In this document: in pieces, positions 8,693 through 18,070 of the stretch
How positions within the stretch are numbered: position 1 is the first letter of the stretch
Layout: each line of letters begins with the position of its first letter
Origin: Spirochaetia bacterium
Lineage (GTDB): Bacteria; Spirochaetota; Spirochaetia; CADAEX01
Length of the DNA: 64,000 nucleotides
Reading direction: 5' to 3'
NCBI GenBank assembly: GCA_963662795.1
Contig: OY759746.1
Span: forward strand, 3,200,001 to 3,264,000
Notes under the pieces: model-generated
The model's input: the letters and a program-made list of their open reading frames with translations, nothing else
Told to the model about the DNA's origin: nothing
Database searches by the model: none
Program-made: the position numbers and the translations under genes

Positions 8693-10385
8693 CAGGGCAT
8701 TTCAAAAAACAATAAAAAGGGCACGCGGTTCATCGTGTTTTATACCGATCCTCATTTTCATATTTTTATCACTTGTATACGGTTTTACTTCATATTTTTC
8801 CAATCCTTCTCCTGTTATTGACTCAATATCTCCGGAAATAGGCTATCCGGGTGAAACTCTTGAATTGACAGGAAAACATTTTGGAGAACCAAGTCCTGAC
8901 AACAAGGAAGGGTTAATAATAAAACCTGTGGATGCCTCTGTTTATATTGGAAGGGAAAGACTTGTTCTCTCTGATTACCTTATCTGGAATGATAAAAAAA
9001 TCAGAATAAGGATTCCCTCTGATATAGCTTCCGGCGGAGTTTTTGTTGAAAGTAAAAGCGGAAAAAGCAATGAGATAACATTTATAAACAGAAAAGAAAT
9101 CCCTGTTATTATATCAGGCCCTGTTGATCCGGGGCAGCCCTATATATCGTCATTCGAACCTACGGTCGGTGCCGTGAGTGACGTTATTACACTTAACGGA
9201 ATGAATTTCGGAATGGAAAAAGAAAAAAGCCAGGTATATTTTTCCCTGGATGCAGCCAATTCCGGCGTAAGAAGCGAAGCGGCTGAAGATCTTTCCATTT
9301 CAGCTTCAGATGCGGACTTTGACTATAGCAGCTGGACTGATAACGAGATAAAAGTGAGGGTTCCTGACGGAGCTTCTTCCGGTAAAATGTGGGTAAAAAC
9401 TGACAGGGGAACAAGCAATTCTGTCTATTTTGAAAAAACAGAAATTTCAGGGACACGGAGCTATGGAGAGAAAAGGGGATATCAGGTCCGGTATGAGATA
9501 AATTTAAATGCCGGAGAAGCAGGCGAGGATAACAATATCTATATCTGGGTACCAAGGCTCTCTGCTTCACCTGAACAGCGGAAAATAGAATATGAACGCA
9601 ATATAGCTCCTGAACTTGATAATTATCACAATCTTATGCTTTACCATTTTGCGAACATGAAAACCAGGGAAACAAAATCCATACTTTTGAATGTATGGTT
9701 TGAAAGATACGAAGTCCTTACACATATCAGCAGGAATAAAACAAGCTGGAATTATGACAAGGACACTCAATTTTACAGGGAATTTACAAGAGATTTATAC
9801 CAGCTTAAGCTTGATGATCCGGGACTTGATCCTGCATTTAAAAAAATAGGCAGACATAAAGAACCCTATTCAGCGGCTGAATCTATATACAGAATAGTCA
9901 GAACAATGAATTACGTTATAAGCCCGTCAGAAAAAGACGTAATTGCAAATTTCCAGAACCTGACAGGCGATTCATATACCTATGCAATGATTTTCACCAT
10001 ACTTGCCCGCAAGGCGGGAATTCCGGCAAGGCCTGTGGCCGGGTTTCTGGTTTTTGATAACAAAAAGACAGTAAAACATTTCTGGGCAGAGTTTTATATT
10101 ACAGGATTCGGCTGGATTCCTGTCGACCCTGCACTCGGGGACGGAGCAGCTTTCGGGAACATCCCGCAGGTTGAAAACCCTTCCGATTACTACTTTGGAA
10201 ATCTTGACAGCAACCATATAACATTTTCACGGGGCATTATTACTGTTCCTGTTATCTCTCCGAACGGAAGAAGTATCTTTAAAAACAAGATGTACTCGCT
10301 CCAGACAGCCTATGAGGAAGTTTCAGGCGATATCAAATCATATACAATAGACTGGAATGACCTGAAAATAATTGAATGGTGGTAA
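8631..10385 (+). CDS. Membrane-anchored IPT/TIG-repeat plus transglutaminase-like domain protein
   Basis: TM helix; two IPT/TIG repeats (P.I.S..P..G..G..L.G..FG...W.D..I...P); TG core GDSYTYA..F..LARKAGIPAR.V.G, HFWAEFY..GFGWIPVDP. Start set at TTG 8631 after GGGAG (ORF track gives 8529). Confidence 0.85.
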   Translation: MKLKISQIRANRPKTEKIPIDRAFQKTIKRARGSSCFIPILIFIFLSLVYGFTSYFSNPSPVIDSISPEIGYPGETLELTGKHFGEPSPDNKEGLIIKPVDASVYIGRERLVLSDYLIWNDKKIRIRIPSDIASGGVFVESKSGKSNEITFINRKEIPVIISGPVDPGQPYISSFEPTVGAVSDVITLNGMNFGMEKEKSQVYFSLDAANSGVRSEAAEDLSISASDADFDYSSWTDNEIKVRVPDGASSGKMWVKTDRGTSNSVYFEKTEISGTRSYGEKRGYQVRYEINLNAGEAGEDNNIYIWVPRLSASPEQRKIEYERNIAPELDNYHNLMLYHFANMKTRETKSILLNVWFERYEVLTHISRNKTSWNYDKDTQFYREFTRDLYQLKLDDPGLDPAFKKIGRHKEPYSAAESIYRIVRTMNYVISPSEKDVIANFQNLTGDSYTYAMIFTILARKAGIPARPVAGFLVFDNKKTVKHFWAEFYITGFGWIPVDPALGDGAAFGNIPQVENPSDYYFGNLDSNHITFSRGIITVPVISPNGRSIFKNKMYSLQTAYEEVSGDIKSYTIDWNDLKIIEWW

Positions 10386-10451
10386 TTATGACTATTGGAT
10401 TAGATTCCAGATACCGAAAAGTTAATAAGCGGATTTAATTTGACTATTGCG

Positions 10452-10481
10452 TTGACAAATCAAGTCGCGGACTAATATAAT
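10452..10481 (+). promoter_or_regulatory. Sigma70 promoter of the Crp-like gene
   Basis: TTGACA (10452-10457)-N18-TATAAT (10476-10481), both hexamers at consensus. Confidence 0.7.
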
Positions 10482-10511
10482 TTAATAACGAATATAATTA
10501 CCGGGAGAAGT

Positions 10512-11750
10512 ATGAATAACCCCTTACAGCTGTCATTGGTTAATTTTAAAAAAGGCGCTTATGTTATTGTTGAAGGAAAACAAGTCGCCACTAAATTTTT
10601 CATCATACGAACCGGTAAAGTCCTGATAAGCAGAGAATTTGAAGTAGTTGAGGAACAGGACGGAAATATTCTGGGGCCGGGCGATTTTTTCGGTGTTATT
10701 TCAACAATGTCGGGGCACAGCCATATTGAAAATGCCCAGGCCCTTACAGATGTTTCTCTTATAGCTGTTCAGAAAGACCAGTACGGCCTGCTTATTGAAA
10801 AAAATACCCAGATAGCATTGAAAATTGTCCAGAGTTTTTCAAGAAAAATGAGATATCTGGACGAGGCCTTAACAAGAATCACATTAAAAAGCATTGCTGA
10901 TGAAAGACCGGACCACCTTTTCAAGGTAGCTGAGTATTATGCCAGGCAGAGCATGTATAATCATGCTTTTTTTGCGTATTATCAGTATATAAGGTACTGC
11001 CCGACAGGAGAAAACCTTAATACTGCCAAGGAAAGAATGGCAAAGATCAAACCCTATGCAAATGCTCTGTATCTTGAAGAAAAAGCTGAAGATATTACAA
11101 GAACATATCCTAAAGACACCATGATATTCAGCGAAAGCCAGCCTGGACAGGAGCTTTATATTATTCAGAAAGGCAGCGTAAAGATAACAAAGATTGTAAA
11201 TGATAATGAAATTCTCATTGCAATACTCAAAACCGGAGATATTTTCGGTGAAATGTCGCTTCTGGAAAATAAACCCAGATCAGCTTCTGCAATTGCCTAT
11301 GAGGATTCAGTTCTGATGGCAGTAAACAAGGTAAACTTTCAGAGAATGGTTGGTCAGCAGCCGCAGATGATCACACGGCTTACACAGCTGCTTGCAGAAC
11401 GTATCTGGCTTATGTACAGGCAGCTTGAGAATACCCAGATGTCGAATCCCATCGGCCGTCTGTATGATGCGCTTTACATACAGCTTGAAAAGGCAAGGGT
11501 TTCAATTTCTCCCAAGACACCATATACATTCAACATCGGCCCGAAAGAGCTTCTTGAGATGGTAGGTCTCACTAAATCGGACAGCAACGCCCTGATAACT
11601 GAACTTTTTTCAAATAAAAAAATGAAACTGATTGAAAATAAAATATTTACCGCTGATACGGAAGAAATTACAAAGCAGGCAAATTATTTCCGTAAAATGG
11701 AAAAAATTGAGCAGTCAAGAAGAAAGAGCTCCATGCTCTCTGTTTATTAA
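10512..11750 (+). CDS. Crp/Fnr-like protein with two cyclic-nucleotide-binding domains and a central TPR-like segment
   Basis: cNMP domain 1 (FFIIRTGKV..GPGDFFG), TPR-like helices (AEYYARQ..YYQYIRYCP), cNMP domain 2 (LYIIQKGSV, GDIFGEMSLL, PRSASAIA), C-terminal ELLEMVGL HTH-like region. Confidence 0.85.
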   Translation: MNNPLQLSLVNFKKGAYVIVEGKQVATKFFIIRTGKVLISREFEVVEEQDGNILGPGDFFGVISTMSGHSHIENAQALTDVSLIAVQKDQYGLLIEKNTQIALKIVQSFSRKMRYLDEALTRITLKSIADERPDHLFKVAEYYARQSMYNHAFFAYYQYIRYCPTGENLNTAKERMAKIKPYANALYLEEKAEDITRTYPKDTMIFSESQPGQELYIIQKGSVKITKIVNDNEILIAILKTGDIFGEMSLLENKPRSASAIAYEDSVLMAVNKVNFQRMVGQQPQMITRLTQLLAERIWLMYRQLENTQMSNPIGRLYDALYIQLEKARVSISPKTPYTFNIGPKELLEMVGLTKSDSNALITELFSNKKMKLIENKIFTADTEEITKQANYFRKMEKIEQSRRKSSMLSVY

Positions 11751-11777
11751 AAATCTCAGACAGTACTATAGGTTCCC

Positions 11778-12491
11778 CTAATTAAGCCGGGGAAACGCAA
11801 CTTCATCAATTACTTTTATGGCGTATGATTCCCCTTTTTTCTCTGCCCTGTATAACAGCTGAAATCCGTCGTTATCGCTTATTGGGAAAAACATTTCGCC
11901 CTTTTCACTTAAGTCTTCAGTAAACTCTCCGGCAAAGCTGTCAATTGAACCGTTTAAAACAATCAAATCAAACGGTCGGCTGGTTTTGAAAAAATTTAAC
12001 TCTTTGGTAAACTGGTTAATTATATTAGGGTACTTTTCAGGCATGAAAAGGGCATATTTATCATTTTCTCCCTTGTCTGTTTCAATCAGAAAAACAGTAC
12101 TGTAAAGAGAAGATAAAACCGCTGCAGTAAAACCTGCCCCTCTGCCCATAACAAGCGCCCTGTTTCTGTCTGTATTCTGCAGATTGAGAAGAATTTTAAG
12201 AATATCGGAATGGGAGACGATTGTTCCGGATGCTGTACCGGTATTATCAAGCGGAAGAGAGATATCAATATAGGCATATTTTTTAATTTTTTCCGGGAGA
12301 AAATCTTCCCTTTTGACCGCAGATAAGGCCTGAAATATTTTTTTATCTTTTTTCGGGTATTTTTTTTCAAATGAAGATACAAGAGCAGATCTTTGCTGTG
12401 CAAATGAGTCATACAACTCCTGCGGTGTAACAAAAGAGGGTACAAAAACTAAAAACAGAAGTATATAAACAAAGTACGGTTTTTTTTGCAT
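11778..12491 (-). CDS. Divergent protein-L-isoaspartate O-methyltransferase-like protein with signal peptide
   Basis: PIMT-like AL..VKREDFLP...YAY.D..LP, degenerate SAM motif ALVMGRGAGF, PFDLIV, L...G....P; hydrophobic N-terminus. Confidence 0.65.
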   Translation of the reverse strand: MQKKPYFVYILLFLVFVPSFVTPQELYDSFAQQRSALVSSFEKKYPKKDKKIFQALSAVKREDFLPEKIKKYAYIDISLPLDNTGTASGTIVSHSDILKILLNLQNTDRNRALVMGRGAGFTAAVLSSLYSTVFLIETDKGENDKYALFMPEKYPNIINQFTKELNFFKTSRPFDLIVLNGSIDSFAGEFTEDLSEKGEMFFPISDNDGFQLLYRAEKKGESYAIKVIDEVAFPRLN

Positions 12492-12592
12492 GAATTAAAT
12501 ATAGCACAATTGGTTTTTTTCTTGAAGCACTGTTGTTTATTTGTTAATATTACGCCTGTTAAGGGGTTTCCTCAGGAGGGGTGGGCATCAAT

Positions 12593-15238
12593 ATGAAAGC
12601 AGTCGAACTTGAAAAAACGTACAATCCTAAAGATTTTGAAGACAGGATTTATGATGAGTGGATAAAAAACAATGAATTTCTTCCCAGAATCAGGGAAGGG
12701 GTAAAACCATTTGTTATTGTAATTCCACCGCCTAATGTTACCGGTGTACTCCACATGGGACACGGGCTGAATAATTCCCTGCAGGATATTTTAATCAGGT
12801 ATTACCGTATGAATGGGGTACCGACTCTATGGCTTCCCGGAACAGACCATGCAGGTATTGCTACCCAGAATGTTGTAGAAAAAAGACTTCTTGCCGGCGG
12901 GATAAAAAGGGTTGATCTCGGCAGGGAGAAATTCATTGAAAAAACATGGGAAGTAAAGAAAGAGCACCATGCAATTATAATTGATCAGCTTAAAAAAATA
13001 GGTTCATCCTGTGACTGGACAAGAGAGCGGTTTACTCTTGATGAAGGGCTCTCAGCCGCGGTAAGAGAAGTCTTTGTAACCCTTTATGAACGGGATCTTA
13101 TATACAAGGGGAAATACCTCGTAAACTGGTGCGCATCCTGCGGTACTGCGCTTGCAGATGACGAGGTTGAGCATCAGGAGCTTGACGGGAGAATGTATCA
13201 TTACTACTATCCGCTTGAAGACGGTTCAGGACAGCTTGAAATTGCGACAACAAGACCTGAAACAATGCTTGGCGATACCGCACTTGCCGTAAACCCTGAT
13301 GATGAGCGCTATACAAAATATGTCGGGATGAAGGCGCGCCTTCCCCTTACCGACAGGATAATCCCGATAATCGCAGACTCTTATGTCTCAAAGGATTTCG
13401 GAACCGGTGTTGTTAAAATAACTCCTGCCCACGATCCCAACGACTGGGAAATAAGCGAGCGGCATAACCTTGAAAAAATTAATATCCTGAATGAAGACAG
13501 AACACTCAACAACAACGTACCTGAAAAATACAGGGGTATGGGCGTAATGGATGCGAGAAAAGCCGTTATCGGGGATATCAAAAAACTGGGTCTTTATATC
13601 AGGGATGTAGACCATAAGCATCAGGTCGGACACTGTTACAGGTGTCACAATGTTGTAGAACCTTACATGTCAGAGCAATGGTTTGTAAAAATGAAGCCTC
13701 TTGCAGAGAAAGCCCTTGATGCATGGAAAAAAGATGAAATCATTTTTTACCCGAAAAAATGGGAGAATACATATAGGCACTGGCTTGAAAACATAAGAGA
13801 CTGGTGTATATCAAGACAGCTGTGGTGGGGGCACCGCATCCCTGTCTGGTACTGCGATGACTGCGGGGAGATGACTGTTTCAAGAACAGACATTGAAAAA
13901 TGCCCCAAATGCGCAAGTTCAAATCTCAGACAGGACAATGATGTGCTTGACACCTGGTTTTCCTCCTGGCTCTGGCCGTTTTCAACCCTTGGCTGGCCCG
14001 AGAAAACTGATGACATTAAATACTTTTTTCCTACAACAGCACTTGTAACAGCTTATGATATTATTTTCTTCTGGGTTGCCAGAATGATAATGGTAAGCCT
14101 TGAGTTTATGGGAGAAGTTCCGTTCCGCGATATCTACATCCACGGCCTTATTAGGGACAAAAACGGAAGAAAGATGTCAAAATCCCTTGGCAACGGAATA
14201 AATCCCCTTGATATAGTAAATGAATACGGAGCTGATGCTTTCAAGTTTACTCTGGCTTTCCTCGCTGCCCAGGGGCAGGATATTCTGATCGACAGTGAAT
14301 CGTTTAAATTCGGTTCCAAGTTCGCCAACAAACTCTGGAACGCTTCACGATACATACTGATGAATCTTGAGGACAGAAACATACTTGATTATGAGAGCGT
14401 TAAAAAGAATGATATAGACAGGTGGATTATACACAGGTTAAATGAGACAACTTCCGTAATTGAAAAAGCGCTTAAATCATACCGTTTTAATGATGCGGCA
14501 AAGGCTGCCTATGAATATTTCTGGGAAGATTTCTGCGACTGGTATATCGAAGCTTCCAAATTATCACTTTATTCAGAAGAACCGGCAGAAAAGGACAGGG
14601 CAATAACCATTCTGCTTCATCTTCTTTCTGAAACACTCAAACTTCTCCATCCTTTCCTTTCTTACATTACAGAAGAGATATACCTTAAGATTCCCGGCAG
14701 CGATTCAAGTATTGTCAATTCACAGTATCCTGTTTTTGATGCTGCCAAAACGGATGAGGGACTTGCGGAAAACATGAAGCAGCTTCAGGATTTTATCAGA
14801 CAGGTAAGAACACTGAGGAGCGAGTTTACAATTCCCCCTTCAAAAAAAATAAAGCTCAAATTACGCTTTGACAAAGGCTTTTCTCCCTCTGATTTTTTCA
14901 AAAATAACAGAGCTCTTGTTGCCATGCTTGTAACTGCTAAGGAAGTTGATTTTGTTGATTCAAACCCTTCAGAGGGGGGCAATATTTCCATAGCAGGTTC
15001 CGGATATGAAGCATATATCGCGGTGCGTGACGTTATTGATGTTCCGATGGAAATTGTAAAGCTGAAAAAAGAGATAGAAAAGTCAGAGTCTCTCTACCAA
15101 AGGGCCTCGGGAAAACTTTCAAATCCCCAATTCATGGATAAGGCGCCGGAAGATATCATTGAAAAAGAAAGAAATACAAAAGAAGAACTCGGTATAAAAA
15201 TAGCAAAAATGAAAAGTTATATAGCTGAATTACAGTAG
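12593..15238 (+). CDS. valS: Valine--tRNA ligase
   Basis: PPPNVTGVLHMGH, DHAGIATQ, TTRPET, DWCISRQLWWGH, KMSKS, C-terminal coiled coil. Confidence 0.98.
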   Translation: MKAVELEKTYNPKDFEDRIYDEWIKNNEFLPRIREGVKPFVIVIPPPNVTGVLHMGHGLNNSLQDILIRYYRMNGVPTLWLPGTDHAGIATQNVVEKRLLAGGIKRVDLGREKFIEKTWEVKKEHHAIIIDQLKKIGSSCDWTRERFTLDEGLSAAVREVFVTLYERDLIYKGKYLVNWCASCGTALADDEVEHQELDGRMYHYYYPLEDGSGQLEIATTRPETMLGDTALAVNPDDERYTKYVGMKARLPLTDRIIPIIADSYVSKDFGTGVVKITPAHDPNDWEISERHNLEKINILNEDRTLNNNVPEKYRGMGVMDARKAVIGDIKKLGLYIRDVDHKHQVGHCYRCHNVVEPYMSEQWFVKMKPLAEKALDAWKKDEIIFYPKKWENTYRHWLENIRDWCISRQLWWGHRIPVWYCDDCGEMTVSRTDIEKCPKCASSNLRQDNDVLDTWFSSWLWPFSTLGWPEKTDDIKYFFPTTALVTAYDIIFFWVARMIMVSLEFMGEVPFRDIYIHGLIRDKNGRKMSKSLGNGINPLDIVNEYGADAFKFTLAFLAAQGQDILIDSESFKFGSKFANKLWNASRYILMNLEDRNILDYESVKKNDIDRWIIHRLNETTSVIEKALKSYRFNDAAKAAYEYFWEDFCDWYIEASKLSLYSEEPAEKDRAITILLHLLSETLKLLHPFLSYITEEIYLKIPGSDSSIVNSQYPVFDAAKTDEGLAENMKQLQDFIRQVRTLRSEFTIPPSKKIKLKLRFDKGFSPSDFFKNNRALVAMLVTAKEVDFVDSNPSEGGNISIAGSGYEAYIAVRDVIDVPMEIVKLKKEIEKSESLYQRASGKLSNPQFMDKAPEDIIEKERNTKEELGIKIAKMKSYIAELQ

Positions 15239-15294
15239 GCATTTAATCACCTTAGTTTTATTCTGACCTTAACCGGCAGGAGGAGAGCAAAACA

Positions 15295-17007
15295 TTGAAA
15301 GCAGGAAGTTATTTTTTCAAGACATACAAGGAAGTTCCGCGCGAAGCGCAGACGCCAAGCCATATACTCATGCACAGGGCGGGAATGATACAGAAACTCT
15401 CAAGCGGTATATACAGTTATCTTCCGCTTGCCCTGAGGTCGCTTAAAAAAATTGAGACCATAATAAGGGAAGAGCTTGACAGCCGCGGGTGTCAGGAGGT
15501 ACTGATGCCTGCCGTTCAGCCGGGCGAACTCTGGGAAGAAAGCGGACGGTGGAATTACTACGGACCTGAGCTCCTCCGTTTCAAGGACAGAAAAAATGCC
15601 GATTACTGCCTGGGCCCTACCCATGAAGAGGTTATCACCGATATGGTAAGAAGAAACCTCACTTCCTACAAACAGCTGCCTCTTAACCTGTACCAGATCC
15701 AGACCAAATTCCGCGATGAGATCCGGCCCCGTTTCGGCCTCATGAGAGGGCGTGAATTCATAATGAAAGATGCTTATAGTTTTGATGTGAATGAGAATGA
15801 TGCCAAAAAAAGCTATAAAGTTATGTATGATGCGTATAACGCTGTTTTCAAACGGTGCGGCCTTGAATTCCGTGCAGTTGATGCGGCCACCGGCGCTATC
15901 GGCGGTGATATGTCCCACGAGTTTCAGGTATTGGCTGAAACCGGCGAGGATGAAATCCTTTCCTGCAGCCGTTGTTCATATTCCGCCAATGTTGAAAAAG
16001 CGGTCTCAGGCAAGGTTATTGAAAAACCGGTTAAAGACGGCAGCAAAGATGCATCGGAAGTACACACCCCGGGGATGAAAACAGTTGAAGAGGTTGCCTC
16101 TTTTCTTTCACTTGACCCCTCAATGCTGATAAAAACCCTGATCTACCTGGTTGATGATAAACCTGTTGCCGTTCTGGTAAGGGGCAACTGCGAAGCCAAC
16201 GAGTCAAAAATACAGGCGTTTCTGGGAGCCAACTCTGTTGCGCCGGCTGATGAAGAGACAGTCAGGAGAGTAACAGGCGCGGATGTCGGGTTTGCAGGTC
16301 CCCGTGGACTGAAAGAAGGGATTGAAATACTAATTGATAAACAGATTTATGGTGATACCGGCTATGCATGCGGCGCGAATAAAACAGACTATCATCTTAC
16401 CGGCATCGATCCGGAAAGAGATATTGCAGCTGATAAAACCGGGGATTTTACTTTCGCGCTTGAAGGAGACCCCTGTCCGCACTGCGGCGGGACACTGAAA
16501 AAATTCAGGGGCATTGAAGTAGGACAGGTTTTTTACCTTGGCACAAAATACTCTTCTCCGATGAAATGTGTTTTTATTGATAATGAGGGAAAAGAGCAGA
16601 CTGCTGTCATGGGCTGCTACGGCATAGGGGTAAGCAGGACAATGGCCGCCGCGATAGAGCAGAACCATGATGATATGGGAATAATATGGCCTGCTGCCAT
16701 AGCCCCTTTTGAAGTGACAGTAATTCCTGTCCAGGGCGGAAACGATCTTGTTGAAAATACAGCTGAAAATATCTACAACGAACTGAGAAAAAGCGGTGTT
16801 GATGTAATTCTTGATGACAGGAACCTGAGGGCCGGAGTCAAGTTCAACGACGCTGACCTTGTAGGTTATCCTGTCCAGATTATCTGCGGAAGCCGTCTGG
16901 TTGAACAGGGGATGATGGAGATAAAGGTGAGAAAAACAGGTGAGAAGAGCGAAGTCAAAATAGAAGAGGCAGCTGCTGTTATAAAAGAGATGCTTTTAAC
17001 CCTGTAA
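15295..17007 (+). CDS. proS: Proline--tRNA ligase (bacterial type with editing domain)
   Basis: LGPTHEE, FRDEIRPRFGLMRGREF.MKDAYSF, GIEVGQVF.LG.KYS, MGCYGIGVSR. TTG start after AGGAGGAG. Confidence 0.97.
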   Translation: MKAGSYFFKTYKEVPREAQTPSHILMHRAGMIQKLSSGIYSYLPLALRSLKKIETIIREELDSRGCQEVLMPAVQPGELWEESGRWNYYGPELLRFKDRKNADYCLGPTHEEVITDMVRRNLTSYKQLPLNLYQIQTKFRDEIRPRFGLMRGREFIMKDAYSFDVNENDAKKSYKVMYDAYNAVFKRCGLEFRAVDAATGAIGGDMSHEFQVLAETGEDEILSCSRCSYSANVEKAVSGKVIEKPVKDGSKDASEVHTPGMKTVEEVASFLSLDPSMLIKTLIYLVDDKPVAVLVRGNCEANESKIQAFLGANSVAPADEETVRRVTGADVGFAGPRGLKEGIEILIDKQIYGDTGYACGANKTDYHLTGIDPERDIAADKTGDFTFALEGDPCPHCGGTLKKFRGIEVGQVFYLGTKYSSPMKCVFIDNEGKEQTAVMGCYGIGVSRTMAAAIEQNHDDMGIIWPAAIAPFEVTVIPVQGGNDLVENTAENIYNELRKSGVDVILDDRNLRAGVKFNDADLVGYPVQIICGSRLVEQGMMEIKVRKTGEKSEVKIEEAAAVIKEMLLTL

Positions 17008-17038
17008 ATAAATGTAAGGCCGGTTCTCCATAGTGCAG

Positions 17039-17066
17039 GGGCGGGCAGTTTCAAGGGTTCCCGCCC
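17039..17066. terminator. GC-rich hairpin between convergent proS and the LEA-type gene
   Basis: GGGCGGG (17039-17045) / CCCGCCC (17060-17066); no strong U-tract. Confidence 0.4.
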
Positions 17067-17079
17067 ATTACAGGCAATT

Positions 17080-17931
17080 TTATTTTGATACGGCAGTACT
17101 CTTTTCTATTCTGAACGGAACATCTGCTGAACCGAAACCCGGATAGGCAGTTCTCAGCGATACATTCCCGTCAAGTACAAGATCAAGCCCTTTTCCCTTA
17201 AATATAAACTCAAACAGTTCTTTTCCTACTTTGGAAGGATTTATTTCGACCGGTATTTTGACAGTAGTGCTTTTACCGGGCGCCATTTCTTCGATATTCT
17301 TGATTATTCCTTTCATCCACTGCGATTTGTTGACCGTAAAATCAAAGTTGAAACTGTCAGGTGAAATAGCGAAACTGTTTTTATTTACAATATTGACGGA
17401 TAATTCAAGAAGCGCTGAAAAGGGTGTAATACTTAATGCCTTAAAACTCTCAAAAGTAACTTCCGGCATCTTTAAAACAGGAAAAGTCCCTTCGTGCTTT
17501 ACAGGAAAAGCCTTGCTGCCGAAAACAGGAAGGTCAACAGTGAACTCACTCTCAATCCTGTATGCAGCGTTGTTTTTTGAAGCCAGGTCCTTAAATACAT
17601 TAAAAAGTTCTTTATATTCAACTGAAACCGGTATTTCGACAAAGCTGCTGTCTTCTTTTTTAATGGATAAAGGAGATGGGGAAACACCTGATATGAATTT
17701 ATTGTTTTCAACAAATAAATCATATTTGAAAGAGGCAAGGTCAAGAGATACCGCGTTGGGGTTATCTATTTTATATTTAAAAATAAATTCCATGGTATTG
17801 AAGCTTATTCCTGATATCTTTACGCTGTCAAATGATACCTCAGGTTCCTTGAATATTGTTTTAAACGACGCGCAGGAAGTTGAAATCATCAGCAGTGTAA
17901 AAACCGTAAAAATAATAATATTCTTTTTCAT
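17080..17931 (-). CDS. LEA type 2 / WHy-domain lipoprotein with two tandem domains
   Basis: Lipobox ISTSC; first domain with NPN motif (IDNPNAVSL); second similar domain (PEV.F...VNKNSF). Confidence 0.8.
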   Translation of the reverse strand: MKKNIIIFTVFTLLMISTSCASFKTIFKEPEVSFDSVKISGISFNTMEFIFKYKIDNPNAVSLDLASFKYDLFVENNKFISGVSPSPLSIKKEDSSFVEIPVSVEYKELFNVFKDLASKNNAAYRIESEFTVDLPVFGSKAFPVKHEGTFPVLKMPEVTFESFKALSITPFSALLELSVNIVNKNSFAISPDSFNFDFTVNKSQWMKGIIKNIEEMAPGKSTTVKIPVEINPSKVGKELFEFIFKGKGLDLVLDGNVSLRTAYPGFGSADVPFRIEKSTAVSK

Positions 17932-17999
17932 ATCAGTCCTCTTTATTGAAGATTATAATCCATGATACTATTAATCGTCACCACTTAAACTGCGAAATA

Positions 18000-18028
18000 T
18001 TGATATTCGTAAAATTAAAAAGTATATT
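18000..18028 (+). promoter_or_regulatory. Sigma70-like promoter of the CoA-disulfide reductase fusion gene
   Basis: TTGATA (18000-18005)-N17-TATATT (18023-18028) in a very AT-rich intergenic region. Confidence 0.5.
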
Positions 18029-18070
18029 AAGATAAATAAATATAATAAATTAAATATATTGAGGAGTGTT

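Noticed and set aside
12492-12592. Possible T-box leaders before valS (also checked before cysS, proS and argS)
   Set aside because: The intergenic regions are too short (about 10-100 nt) and show no T-box consensus or leader terminator.
17231-17965. 244-aa plus-strand ORF
   Set aside because: Antisense shadow of the LEA-type lipoprotein gene with no recognisable motifs.
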